Source of the DNA: an uncultured Chloroflexota bacterium
GTDB lineage: Bacteria > Chloroflexota > Dehalococcoidia > Lucifugimonadales > GCA-002694895
Direction: 5' to 3'
DNA length: 64,000 nucleotides
NCBI GenBank assembly: GCA_913045935.1
Contig: CAJWSY010000003.1
Coordinates: forward strand, 979-64,978
Within the stretch, counting starts at the first letter, position 1. Each line of letters opens with the position of its first letter. Position numbers and translations under genes: made by a program. Below the pieces are notes generated by a model. The model saw only the letters and a list, made by a program, of their open reading frames with translations. It had not been told where the DNA came from and made no database searches. Below, one piece after another: positions 1 through 8,852 of the stretch.

Positions 1-1023
1 AATCTTAATATTAAAAAATCATCTAATGCTAATGTTAATGTGTTTGTAAACAATAGAGTTATAAAAAATAAATTTTTTCATTATGCGATTGATAGAGCAT
101 ATGATTCCTTATTAGTAAAAGGAGAATTTCCTATTTGTACTCTTAATGTAGAAATAGATCCGTTGCTAATAGATTTGAATGTACATCCATCCAAAAATGA
201 AATTAAAATAAGAGACGAACGTAACTTATTCTCTCTTATCGAAAAACAAATACGTTTATCTTTAATTAACTCAAAATCTAACAATAAAAATAGTGAAATC
301 AGTATTTTGAATTATGATAGTGATTCAATAATAACAAGCGGTATAGAAACTTATTCAAATAAACTCTATACAGATAAAAAGAAACCTGTTATCCAATATG
401 CACAAAATTTATTTCAAGAATTTTCTTCTAATAATGATAATGATATTAAATTAGATTTAATTAAAGAATTCAGATTACTAGGTCAAATAAATAATTCATT
501 TATTCTAGGAGAATACAAAACTCAGATTGCTATTATTGATCAACATGCAGCACACGAAAGAATAAATTATGAAAAAATTTTATCTAATGCAAATCAAGAA
601 GTTATATCTCAGGAATTATTAAATCCTGTAATACTTAATTTGTCCGCAGAAGAAGATATATGGGTTCAAGAAAATATTGATCTTTTTATTTCTGTTGGAT
701 TTGAAATTGAATCATTTGGGATTACTAATCAATTAATTATCAGAAAATTACCATTACAATTTACAAAAGGTAATTTAGAGCGAAAACTACACAATTATAT
801 TTCAGAATTAAAAAACAATTCAAAAACTTCAGAAGATGAAAGATTGAAAACTTTAGCTTGTCACGCATCTATAGAATTTGGAGATTCTTTAACTCAATCT
901 GAAATATTTAATTTAATTGAAGAATTATCTTTATCTCAAGAACCTTGGAATTGTCCTCATGGAAGACCTACAATGATTAGATTAGATAACCAGCAATTAT
1001 ATAAATGGTTCAAAAGAATTTAA
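1..1023 (+). CDS. mutL: DNA mismatch repair protein MutL, C-terminal part (5' end lies upstream of the window)
   Basis: Frame 1 is open from base 1 (NLNIKKSSNANVNVFVNNR...), so the listed ATG at 40 is internal. It carries the MutL text NVHPSKNEIKIRDE, the endonuclease motif DQHAAHERINYE and the C-terminal CPHGRP. Confidence 0.9.
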   Translation, partial: NLNIKKSSNANVNVFVNNRVIKNKFFHYAIDRAYDSLLVKGEFPICTLNVEIDPLLIDLNVHPSKNEIKIRDERNLFSLIEKQIRLSLINSKSNNKNSEISILNYDSDSIITSGIETYSNKLYTDKKKPVIQYAQNLFQEFSSNNDNDIKLDLIKEFRLLGQINNSFILGEYKTQIAIIDQHAAHERINYEKILSNANQEVISQELLNPVILNLSAEEDIWVQENIDLFISVGFEIESFGITNQLIIRKLPLQFTKGNLERKLHNYISELKNNSKTSEDERLKTLACHASIEFGDSLTQSEIFNLIEELSLSQEPWNCPHGRPTMIRLDNQQLYKWFKRI

Positions 1024-2681
1024 ATTGCCCCATCGATATGAATATCAATTAAATTGGGCTTATTAGAATTAATACATTCTTTTAGTACAGAATTTATTTT
1101 TTCAGGGTCAGATATTGAATATGAATTAATATTGAAGCTTTTGGCTATTGTTTCAAAATCAAATTTCTGATCAAAATCCATTCCTAGATATTTACTATTT
1201 TTTTCAGAATTTAATTGTTGTTTATATATATCCATATTCAACTTTAATATTCTATATGTACTATTGTTGCACATAATATATGTTATAGGTATTTGGTTAA
1301 TCGAAGCGGTCCATAATGCCTGAACTGACATCATCCCTGTTCCATCTCCAACTAATGCAACTACATGCCTGTCTGGAAATGCTAATTTTACTCCTAGTGC
1401 GCCTCCCATTCCCCATCCTAATGAGCCTCCTCTGCCTCCAAAAATTGAATTTTCTTTTTCAAAATTCATAAATTTAAATATAGAGTTTGATGTAGTCACT
1501 GCATCATTAACAATAATTGTGTCTTCAGGTATGGCATTAGTTATTTCAGATATCATTCTATCTGGTGACATAGGGTTTTTACTATAATCTTTGTTAAGTT
1601 CTTTTGTATTCTTAATTTCCAGTTGTTCTTTCTCTTTTTTAAGCTCATGGTTTTTAGCGTTAAAATATTCAAGTTGATTTCCTGTTAGTAATTCTTCAAC
1701 TTTTGCGGTTAGTTTGTCTAGTGCTACACTTGGATCGGCTAAAATACCAATATCAGTTTTTTCTGTAGTTCCTACTTGCGCAGGATCATTGTCGATGTGA
1801 ATTAAATTAGATTCTGGGTTGAAAATACGCATTTTAGGATTGGAAAACATATAGCTTACTCTTGGCAATCCTCCTACAGCTAAAACTGTATCAAATTCTT
1901 CGAACTCATCTGATGAGTTGAACCCCAATTTTAGGTTGTTAATATAGTTTGGGTGTTTATTAGGAAAAATCATTTCAGAATAATTAGACGAATAAACTTT
2001 TGCTCCTAATAATTCAGCAAGTTTTGTAGGTATGAATGGAGATGTAGTTTGAACTAATCTGTCTCCAACTAATATTCCTATATTCTGAGACTTTACTAAT
2101 AGTTTGGCTGCTTCATAGATAGTTTTTTCGTCGGGTTTAATTACGATTTCTTCATTATAAGTTTCTGTTGGATATACATTAGTTTTATCATCTAAAGCAT
2201 TTGTAGTAAAAGCTACAAATGTAGGTCCAGTTGGAGGACTCATTGCTATACGAAATGCTTTTTGCATTGCCTGTGCAATAGCATCAGGGTGATTAACTTC
2301 AACAGCCCATTTTGTGAAAGGAGAAACCATATCGATTAAATCTGTTTTACCTGGAGCTATTTCTCTTGAATCTTTATTACCTGCAGTAAGAACAAGTGGC
2401 GTACCACCAGAGTGGGCGTTATGCAGCAAACTTAATCCATTAGCTAATCCGGTTTCAATATGTAGGTTAACAAAAGCAGGCTTTTTTGTTGCTCTAGCAT
2501 ATGCATCTGCCATTCCCATTGCCGCGGATTCTTGAACTGTTAGTATATATTCTAGCTCCGGATATTTTTCTAATGCATCCATGATAGCTGTTTCAGTTGT
2601 ACCAGGGTTCCCAAAAATATATTTTACTTTTTGCTTTTTTAATGATTCAAGTAATATATATTTACCTTCAATTTTTTTCAT
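1020..2681 (-). CDS. Thiamine diphosphate-dependent enzyme (benzoylformate decarboxylase / acetolactate synthase-like), substrate unknown
   Basis: 553-aa ORF. The N-terminal ThDP pyrimidine-binding domain reads FGNPGTTETAIMDAL...QESAAMGMADAYARATKKPAFVNLH. The C-terminal ThDP/Mg motif reads GDGTGMMSVQALWTA...CNNSTY. Confidence 0.8.
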   Translation of the reverse strand: MKKIEGKYILLESLKKQKVKYIFGNPGTTETAIMDALEKYPELEYILTVQESAAMGMADAYARATKKPAFVNLHIETGLANGLSLLHNAHSGGTPLVLTAGNKDSREIAPGKTDLIDMVSPFTKWAVEVNHPDAIAQAMQKAFRIAMSPPTGPTFVAFTTNALDDKTNVYPTETYNEEIVIKPDEKTIYEAAKLLVKSQNIGILVGDRLVQTTSPFIPTKLAELLGAKVYSSNYSEMIFPNKHPNYINNLKLGFNSSDEFEEFDTVLAVGGLPRVSYMFSNPKMRIFNPESNLIHIDNDPAQVGTTEKTDIGILADPSVALDKLTAKVEELLTGNQLEYFNAKNHELKKEKEQLEIKNTKELNKDYSKNPMSPDRMISEITNAIPEDTIIVNDAVTTSNSIFKFMNFEKENSIFGGRGGSLGWGMGGALGVKLAFPDRHVVALVGDGTGMMSVQALWTASINQIPITYIMCNNSTYRILKLNMDIYKQQLNSEKNSKYLGMDFDQKFDFETIAKSFNINSYSISDPEKINSVLKECINSNKPNLIDIHIDGAI

Positions 2682-3891
2682 TTTTTTCTCTTACATCAAT
2701 ACTTATAATAATTATTAGTGACAATAATATACATATTCCAAGAGATAATAAAGCAGTTGGTTGCCCAAGATTCAAAGTGGTTGCAATAAACCCCCAACTT
2801 GCTGTGCCAATTATACTTCCAAGCCTACCTGTAAATCCGTGAAGACCAAAATACTCTCCAATAAATTCATCAGATATTAATTGATGCATAAATGGCCTGT
2901 CACAACTCCATACCCCTGAAATTAATATCCCAGTCAACCCACTGATGACCCACCATATATTATTATCAAGATTAAATACGCCACTTCCGATTGATAATCC
3001 TAGATTTACTAGCCATATAACTAAAACTATTGTTATTATTCTCTTGGCACCATATGTGTCTACAAGTTTACCCCAAATTAAAGCAGAAGGTATTGCAGTG
3101 ACAATACCTGTAAAAATTAGATATTGTATTTCTCTTTCAGACATGCCTATTGTCTCTAAAATATATAAGGATGTAAAAGTGGATGCAGTGTATAGAGCCC
3201 ATGAATACCAAAATCTTGCTATTAGAAATTTTCCGAGGCCAGGAAAATCTTTAATATCTATTAATGTGCGAGAAATTTGGTTTAAAAATCTTTTACTTAA
3301 ACTTTTTGATGTTTTTAGGTAACGATTTTGGATTTCTTGAGGTTTTTCATTTAGAAAAATTAATATTGGTATTCCGAAAATAACAATTAAAATTCCTATA
3401 ATTGAAAAACCAATAGGATAACCTTGATTTTCTATTACAAGAAGCCCTATTACTATGGCTATGATAGCTCCGATGTAACCTATCCCTGCCCCTATTCCGC
3501 CTATTATTCCAATATTATTTTTATTACTAACATCTTTTAACATGGAGTTATAAAATATATCACCCAAATGAAGGCAAGTCACAGAAATCCCATAATATAT
3601 CAGACTTGTAATGAGTGAATTATTTCCAATAAAAGTTGTTGAAAATCCGCAGATTAATGTGAATAAACCTAAAAAAACTTTTCTATTTTTGGTTTGATCG
3701 GACAAAGCTCCAACCATAGGGCTAATTATCAAAGAAACTAATAATGCCAAAGATAAAGTGTACCCAACAGTTGCATCGGTACCATTTAATTTTGTGATTA
3801 TCCATAATGGAAAGAATAAACCAGTAACACCTGCATTAAATAAAGTATTACCTATATCATAAATTACCCAAGAAATAATAGATGCATTCAT
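2668..3891 (-). CDS. MFS transporter (UMF1/Atg22-like)
   Basis: 407-aa ORF with about 12 hydrophobic segments and an N-terminal WVIYDIGNTLFN typical of UMF1-type MFS proteins. Its stop overlaps the start of the downstream ThDP gene by 14 nt. Confidence 0.7.
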   Translation of the reverse strand: MNASIISWVIYDIGNTLFNAGVTGLFFPLWIITKLNGTDATVGYTLSLALLVSLIISPMVGALSDQTKNRKVFLGLFTLICGFSTTFIGNNSLITSLIYYGISVTCLHLGDIFYNSMLKDVSNKNNIGIIGGIGAGIGYIGAIIAIVIGLLVIENQGYPIGFSIIGILIVIFGIPILIFLNEKPQEIQNRYLKTSKSLSKRFLNQISRTLIDIKDFPGLGKFLIARFWYSWALYTASTFTSLYILETIGMSEREIQYLIFTGIVTAIPSALIWGKLVDTYGAKRIITIVLVIWLVNLGLSIGSGVFNLDNNIWWVISGLTGILISGVWSCDRPFMHQLISDEFIGEYFGLHGFTGRLGSIIGTASWGFIATTLNLGQPTALLSLGICILLSLIIIISIDVREKNEKN

Positions 3892-3903
3892 AATATTAAC
3901 TTT

Positions 3904-3998
3904 CGGGAGCGAGAGGGAATCGAACCCAACGCTTCAATAATTCAATTAAAGCCAACGGAGTTGAAGTCCGTGAAATCCACCAGAATTTATTCACTCCC
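3904..3998 (-). tRNA. selC: tRNA-Sec (anticodon UCA)
   Basis: The minus strand reads GGGAGTGA-AT-AAATTC-TGGT-GGATTT-C-ACGGA-CTTCAAC-TCCGT-TG-GCTTTAAT-TGAATT-ATTGAAGC-G-TTGGG-TTCGATT-CCCTC-TCGCTCCC-G. It has an 8-bp acceptor stem, a 6-bp D stem with a 4-nt loop, anticodon TCA, a 22-nt variable arm with an 8-bp stem, a canonical T loop and a total length of 95 nt. CCA is not encoded. Caveat: the T stem shows only 3 clean G-C pairs. Confidence 0.85.
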
Positions 3999-4005
3999 AA
4001 ATAAA

Positions 4006-4368
4006 TCAAGAAATAATTTTATCTAAACGTTCAGTTAATGTTGATTTGGGAACAGCGCCTACGATTTGATCAATTGCAGCACCATCTTTGAACACAAGTA
4101 AAGTAGGAATTCCTCTAATTCCAAAACTTGCAGCGGTTTGTGGATTAGAATCAACATCAAGTTTAGTAACTTTTAATTTACCATCATATTCATCAGATAA
4201 TTCTTCAACGATTGGTGAAACCATTTTACAAGGACCACACCATTCAGCCCAAAAATCAACTAATACGGGTAGATCAGAATTAAGTACTTCTTCATTAAAG
4301 TTATTATCGGTTATTTCTAAAGCAGCCAAGATTATTCTCCATTTAAATATAAAAGTAAAGAATATCAT
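4006..4368 (-). CDS. trxA: Thioredoxin
   Basis: The active site is WCGPC, in DFWAEWCGPCKMV. The ATG at 4368 adds 13 hydrophobic residues. A TTG at 4329, preceded by GGAGA with a 6-nt spacer, would give a typical thioredoxin of about 107 aa. Confidence 0.9.
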   Translation of the reverse strand: MIFFTFIFKWRIILAALEITDNNFNEEVLNSDLPVLVDFWAEWCGPCKMVSPIVEELSDEYDGKLKVTKLDVDSNPQTAASFGIRGIPTLLVFKDGAAIDQIVGAVPKSTLTERLDKIIS

Positions 4369-4403
4369 ACCGAGATTTAATCTAAAACATCTAAACCATA
4401 TAT

Positions 4404-4931
4404 TTATTTTGGCAGGTCAGATGTTATATCATCAGACTCTCTCCACCATAAAGTTAGCGGAGAAATATTTCGTTCAAGATCAAAAAGCATCCATCCTGTA
4501 ACTTCAAATCCCTTATTTAATTCAATATGGCCACTTAATAAAGGGGTGAATTTGTCTAGTTCTGCTTCTATGGATGAAGTTGAAACTGAGCTTTTATAAG
4601 GATCTATATTCCATCCTCTTGATCCACCTCTATCTCCTAATTCTGCAGCTTCAGTGTCTATAAATAGAGGAACGTATGTTACAGATTCATTGATTATTCT
4701 AACTTTTACTGCGACCAGCTTATTATTTGGTTTTGGTTTAATTAGCCTTATATTACCTTGTGTGTCTGTGAAACTTATTCTGTCTCTTACAATTGGAGCA
4801 AAAGTTTCTATTGCTATGGTTCTACCTTTAGTCAAATTTGATGAGGAATCATCATTTAAACAACTAGTGATCAAGACAGGCAATAATACTATAAAAAATA
4901 TTTTTTTTGTTTTTATTTTTTTTAATAACAT
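4404..4931 (-). CDS. Hypothetical lipoprotein
   Basis: 175-aa ORF with a signal peptide ending in the lipobox LITSC. The mature part is beta-rich and loosely DUF4352-like. I recognise no confident family. Confidence 0.5.
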   Translation of the reverse strand: MLLKKIKTKKIFFIVLLPVLITSCLNDDSSSNLTKGRTIAIETFAPIVRDRISFTDTQGNIRLIKPKPNNKLVAVKVRIINESVTYVPLFIDTEAAELGDRGGSRGWNIDPYKSSVSTSSIEAELDKFTPLLSGHIELNKGFEVTGWMLFDLERNISPLTLWWRESDDITSDLPK

Positions 4932-4943
4932 GATTTTTGCTGA

Positions 4944-6119
4944 TTATTTTCTAATAAATTCTTTTTTATTATCTTTAATTCTTTTTATAATTTTATCAAG
5001 AATATTTAAAAATTGCGTTATTTCATCTTCTGTATTATTTCTTCCTAAGCTTATTCTAACAGTGTTTAGAGCTAAATCAGCATCCATTCCGATAGCTTTG
5101 AGCACATGAGAAGGTTCTAAAGAATTGCTAGTACATGCACTTCCATTAGATATACAAATATCTTCTAAATCTAACGCTGATATTAAATCATCCGATCTTA
5201 TGTCTGGAAAAGTTAAATTAATCATGTTAGGCAGATTAAGTTTAGGATGTCCATTGATAAGTACATTTGGCTGCTGTTCTTTTAAATGATTTATAATTTT
5301 ATTTTTTAAAAATAAGCACTTATCGTAGTTAACTGTTTTTTCATTTTCAGATAATTTTATTGCTTCAGCTGAACCAGAAATAAAAGCTATATTTTCTGTT
5401 CCAGATCTTTTTTGTCTTTCTTGACCTCCTCCTGTAATTAGTGGTTCAAATGGTGTCCCGTTTTTCATAAAGAGCACACCTATCCCTTTTGGACCATTAA
5501 ATTTATGGGCAGACAGGCTCATTAAATCAACTCCTAATTTATTAACATCTAAATCTAAGAAAGGAGCAGCCTGTACTGCATCAGTATGGAAAATTGGGAA
5601 TTGTGAATTGTTGCCTTTGAGTTTTTTTATAGCTTCTCCTATTTCTTTTATTGGATTAATTGACCCAAGTTCATTATTTGCATAGATTACAGATATTAAA
5701 ATAGTGTTTGGTTTGATAGCAGATATCACATCATCTTTTGAAACCATTCCAAATTCATCAGTTGTTAGATATGTTATATCATAACCTTGTTTTTCAAGAT
5801 TATTGCACGTGTGTAATACTGCATGATGCTCAGTGGATGTTGTTATAATATGGTTACCTAAGTTTTTAAGAGCATGTGCAGGCCCTTTTATGGCAGTGTT
5901 ATCCGATTCTGTTCCTCCACTGGTAAATATTATTTCGCTTTCCTTGCAATTTAAAGTGTCCGCAAAAATTTTTCTTGATTGATCAACAGCTAGTCTTGAG
6001 TTTCTAGCAGGAGAATAAGGACTTGAAGGATTTGCAAATGAATTAATTAATTCATTATTTATTATTTCTAAAACTTCTTGTCTTATTTGTGTTGAAGCTG
6101 CATTATCGAGATAAATCAT
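4944..6119 (-). CDS. Cysteine desulfurase (NifS/IscS-like, class V aminotransferase)
   Basis: 391 aa. It starts IYLDNAAST, has the PLP-lysine motif SAHKFNGPKG and the C-terminal active-site loop SNGSACTS. Confidence 0.85.
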   Translation of the reverse strand: MIYLDNAASTQIRQEVLEIINNELINSFANPSSPYSPARNSRLAVDQSRKIFADTLNCKESEIIFTSGGTESDNTAIKGPAHALKNLGNHIITTSTEHHAVLHTCNNLEKQGYDITYLTTDEFGMVSKDDVISAIKPNTILISVIYANNELGSINPIKEIGEAIKKLKGNNSQFPIFHTDAVQAAPFLDLDVNKLGVDLMSLSAHKFNGPKGIGVLFMKNGTPFEPLITGGGQERQKRSGTENIAFISGSAEAIKLSENEKTVNYDKCLFLKNKIINHLKEQQPNVLINGHPKLNLPNMINLTFPDIRSDDLISALDLEDICISNGSACTSNSLEPSHVLKAIGMDADLALNTVRISLGRNNTEDEITQFLNILDKIIKRIKDNKKEFIRK

Positions 6120-6191
6120 TTTTAATTCGTGAAAATTAGATGTTAATTAAATTATATTAATAATATTATAATTGAATAATTTTATAATTGA

Positions 6192-6482
6192 ATGGTTATT
6201 AGAATATATATGGCAGCAAATAAAAAATCTAAATCATCTGATCTTTCTAAGATCATTTTGTCAATATTTACACTTTCAGGGTTGTTAACAGGATTGTTAT
6301 TAGGCGTAGATTTTATATCTGTTTTGTTAATTACAATCTTATTAATATTTGGTATATTTTATGTCCGCACTGAAGAACAATATTCAAACATTGAATTTGG
6401 GAATAATTCTATAAAATTTCTAGCGTCCGTTAACTGCCTGTTATTTTGGATTATTGGAATTATGATCAATTCTGTAATTTAA
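6192..6482 (+). CDS. Hypothetical small membrane protein
   Basis: 96-aa ORF with about 3 hydrophobic helices. No motif recognised. It fills the only gap before the lldD-like gene. Confidence 0.35.
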   Translation: MVIRIYMAANKKSKSSDLSKIILSIFTLSGLLTGLLLGVDFISVLLITILLIFGIFYVRTEEQYSNIEFGNNSIKFLASVNCLLFWIIGIMINSVI

Positions 6483-6493
6483 GTACTTAGTTT

Positions 6494-7645
6494 ATGTTTG
6501 GGAATATAAAAAATTGTAATAATACCGATGATTTTAGGAATCTAGCTAAATCAAAATTACCTTCTCCAGTTTTTCATTATATTGACGGAGGAGCTGACGA
6601 CGAAATAACTCTCAAAAGAAATAGAGATTCTTATGAAACTTGCGATCTTGTTCCTAATGTCCTAAAGGGAGTAGAAGAGGTAGATATTTCCACAACAGTA
6701 ATGGGTCAAAAAATAGATATGCCATTATTTTGCTCACCTACTGCAGTCCAAAGATTATTTCACTACGATGGAGAACGAGCAGTTTCCAAAGCAGCACAAA
6801 AATTTGGAACCATGTTTGGTGTTTCTTCTTTAAGTACAGTTAGTTTGGAAGAAATTGGAAAATCAATTTCAACTCCCAAAATGTTTCAAATGTATTATCA
6901 TAAAGATAGAGGACTTACTGAAAGTATGCTTGAAAGATGTCATGAATCGAACTTTGACGTTTTAGCTTTGACTGTAGATACCATAGTGACAGGTAACAGG
7001 GAAAGAGATTTAAGAACAGGATTTTCTATGCCTTTAAGATTGTCATTAGAAAGTATTTTAAGTTTCATTACACATCCCATGTGGGGTATAAATTTTTTAT
7101 TAAGAGAAAAATTTGATTTACCAATTTTAAAAGATCATATACCCGAAGCAAATTTTGCTATTTCTTTATCAGATTATTTTTCTAAAATGCTCGATCAATC
7201 TATGAATTGGAAAGATGCTGAAGAATTGAGAAAAAAATGGGGTAAACAGTTTTGCCTAAAAGGAATAATGAGCGTAGAAGATGCGAAAAGAGCAGTTGAT
7301 ATAGGTGCTACAGGTATAATTTTATCTAATCATGGCGGAAGACAACTAGATGGTAGCAGATCTCCTTTTGATCAATTATCTGAAATTGTTGATGCTGTTG
7401 GAGATAAAATAGATATTATATGCGAAGGTGGGATTACAAGAGGTACACATGTACTTAAAGCTTTAAGTTTAGGAGCTAAAGCTTGTAGTGGTGGCAGAAT
7501 GTATTTATATGCACTAGCTGCAGGAGGGCAAAAAGGAGTGGAAAAAGCACTTTCTAATTTAAGAAACGAAATGATTAGAGATATGAAATTAATGGGGTGC
7601 ACTAAAATATCTGACTTGAAAAGAGATAATATTAGATTTAGATAA
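6494..7645 (+). CDS. FMN-dependent alpha-hydroxy acid dehydrogenase (L-lactate dehydrogenase/glycolate oxidase family)
   Basis: 383 aa. Family text includes PSPVFHYIDGGADDE, SNHGGRQLD and a C-terminal GGITRG. Confidence 0.8.
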   Translation: MFGNIKNCNNTDDFRNLAKSKLPSPVFHYIDGGADDEITLKRNRDSYETCDLVPNVLKGVEEVDISTTVMGQKIDMPLFCSPTAVQRLFHYDGERAVSKAAQKFGTMFGVSSLSTVSLEEIGKSISTPKMFQMYYHKDRGLTESMLERCHESNFDVLALTVDTIVTGNRERDLRTGFSMPLRLSLESILSFITHPMWGINFLLREKFDLPILKDHIPEANFAISLSDYFSKMLDQSMNWKDAEELRKKWGKQFCLKGIMSVEDAKRAVDIGATGIILSNHGGRQLDGSRSPFDQLSEIVDAVGDKIDIICEGGITRGTHVLKALSLGAKACSGGRMYLYALAAGGQKGVEKALSNLRNEMIRDMKLMGCTKISDLKRDNIRFR

Positions 7646-8765
7646 AATTCTGATTTATTAAATCGTAGGCTGTTTTTTCAATTAATTTACTTGCATTAGA
7701 AATTGCATATTCTTTTTCAGATTCGTTTTTACAAATAGGGTAAACTTTTTCTATTCCCTCTGAATAAACTTTTTCAAAGTCTTTTCCAAGAACTCCGCAT
7801 ATTGCAAAAGTTGGAATATTATGTTTTTTTGCTATTCTTGCAACTGCTATGGGAGCTTTATTATTAATTGTTTGAAAATCAATTTGACCCTCACCAGTAA
7901 TTATAATATCTGCATTTTTACATTGTGATTCGAAGTTTATATAGTCTAAAATTATTTGAGATCCGGATTTAAGTTTTCCATTTACAAAAAACATAAAACC
8001 AGCTCCTAATCCTCCAGCAGCACCACTGCCTGGTACTTTTGAAATTTTATTGCCTGAATTCATGTCGATTAAATCTCCATAATTTTTCATATATTTGTCA
8101 ATTTTACATAATTCCCTTTCATTAAATCCTTTTTGGGGTCCAAAAGTAAAAGTGGCTCCGTTTGGTCCGTGTAGAGGGTTGTTAACATCACACGCAACAA
8201 GAAATTCACAATTTTTTATTCTTTGATCTAAATTGGCTAAGTTAATGGATTTTAAATTTTTTAATCCAATTGCGCCTCGTTTGATTTCTTTTTTTTTATT
8301 GTCAAAAAGATTTGCTCCTAAGGCTTGAGCCATTCCTGCTCCTCCATCATTTGTGGCAGATCCTCCAATACCGATTATAAATTTATTATAATTTAAATCT
8401 AAACATTCTTTGATAATTTCACCCAATCCGTAAGTTGTATAATTTTTTGGATCTTTTATATTGCCGCTGAGTAAAGCTAATCCTGAAATTTTTGCCATTT
8501 CAATAACTGCTGTTTTATTATCACCTAGCGCACCCCAAGAAGTCATGATTTTTGTTCCATCTGGCCCTGTGGCTTTAGTTTTATAGATGTGTCCATTTGT
8601 GATACTTACTAATGTTTCTAATGTATCATCACCGCCATCAGCAACAGGCATTTTTGTAGTTGTTATATTTGGGTTGGCTTTATTTATTCCTTTTTCAATA
8701 TAATTAGCAACATCTATAGCTGAAATACTACCTTTAAAAGCTTGCGGGGAAATTAAGATATTCAT
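7638..8765 (-). CDS. Glycerate kinase
   Basis: 375 aa. Motifs are PQAFKGSISA, PVADGGDDTLETL and TGEGQIDFQT. Confidence 0.85.
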   Translation of the reverse strand: MNILISPQAFKGSISAIDVANYIEKGINKANPNITTTKMPVADGGDDTLETLVSITNGHIYKTKATGPDGTKIMTSWGALGDNKTAVIEMAKISGLALLSGNIKDPKNYTTYGLGEIIKECLDLNYNKFIIGIGGSATNDGGAGMAQALGANLFDNKKKEIKRGAIGLKNLKSINLANLDQRIKNCEFLVACDVNNPLHGPNGATFTFGPQKGFNERELCKIDKYMKNYGDLIDMNSGNKISKVPGSGAAGGLGAGFMFFVNGKLKSGSQIILDYINFESQCKNADIIITGEGQIDFQTINNKAPIAVARIAKKHNIPTFAICGVLGKDFEKVYSEGIEKVYPICKNESEKEYAISNASKLIEKTAYDLINQNFI

Positions 8766-8852
8766 AATCTGTTAGCTTGAACTAATTATATATAAAATTA
8801 TATTTATACTACAGATTTTTTTTTAAATAGTATACTATGTTAAATAAACAAA

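Noticed and set aside
2945-3322. Long antisense ORFs listed in the track, for example 2945-3322, 4088-4501, 4654-5109, 9803-10141, 34968-35339, 39906-40223 and 62021-62392.
   Set aside because: Each lies entirely inside and opposite a gene with clear family motifs. Their translations are low-complexity with no recognisable motifs, so they are shadow ORFs.
3892-4005. selC or tRNA-Gly (53297-53372) as integration sites of genomic islands.
   Set aside because: There is no integrase, transposase or phage gene nearby. I found no direct repeat of either tRNA 3' end in the flanking AT-rich sequence, and the flanking genes are ordinary metabolic genes.
4404-6119. Other adjacent same-frame ORF pairs that might hide read-through codons: 4404/4944, 28659/29439, 22225/22900, 47902/48958 and 55979/56657.
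   Set aside because: I checked the separating stops by eye and all are TAA or TAG. Both partners in each pair are complete, unrelated protein families with their own starts.
6166-6193. Direct 12-nt repeat TTATAATTGAAT occurring twice (6166-6177 and 6182-6193) upstream of and overlapping the start of the small membrane ORF.
   Set aside because: It is short, AT-rich and contains TATAAT-like promoter sequence. This is probably a promoter-region coincidence, and no further copies were seen.
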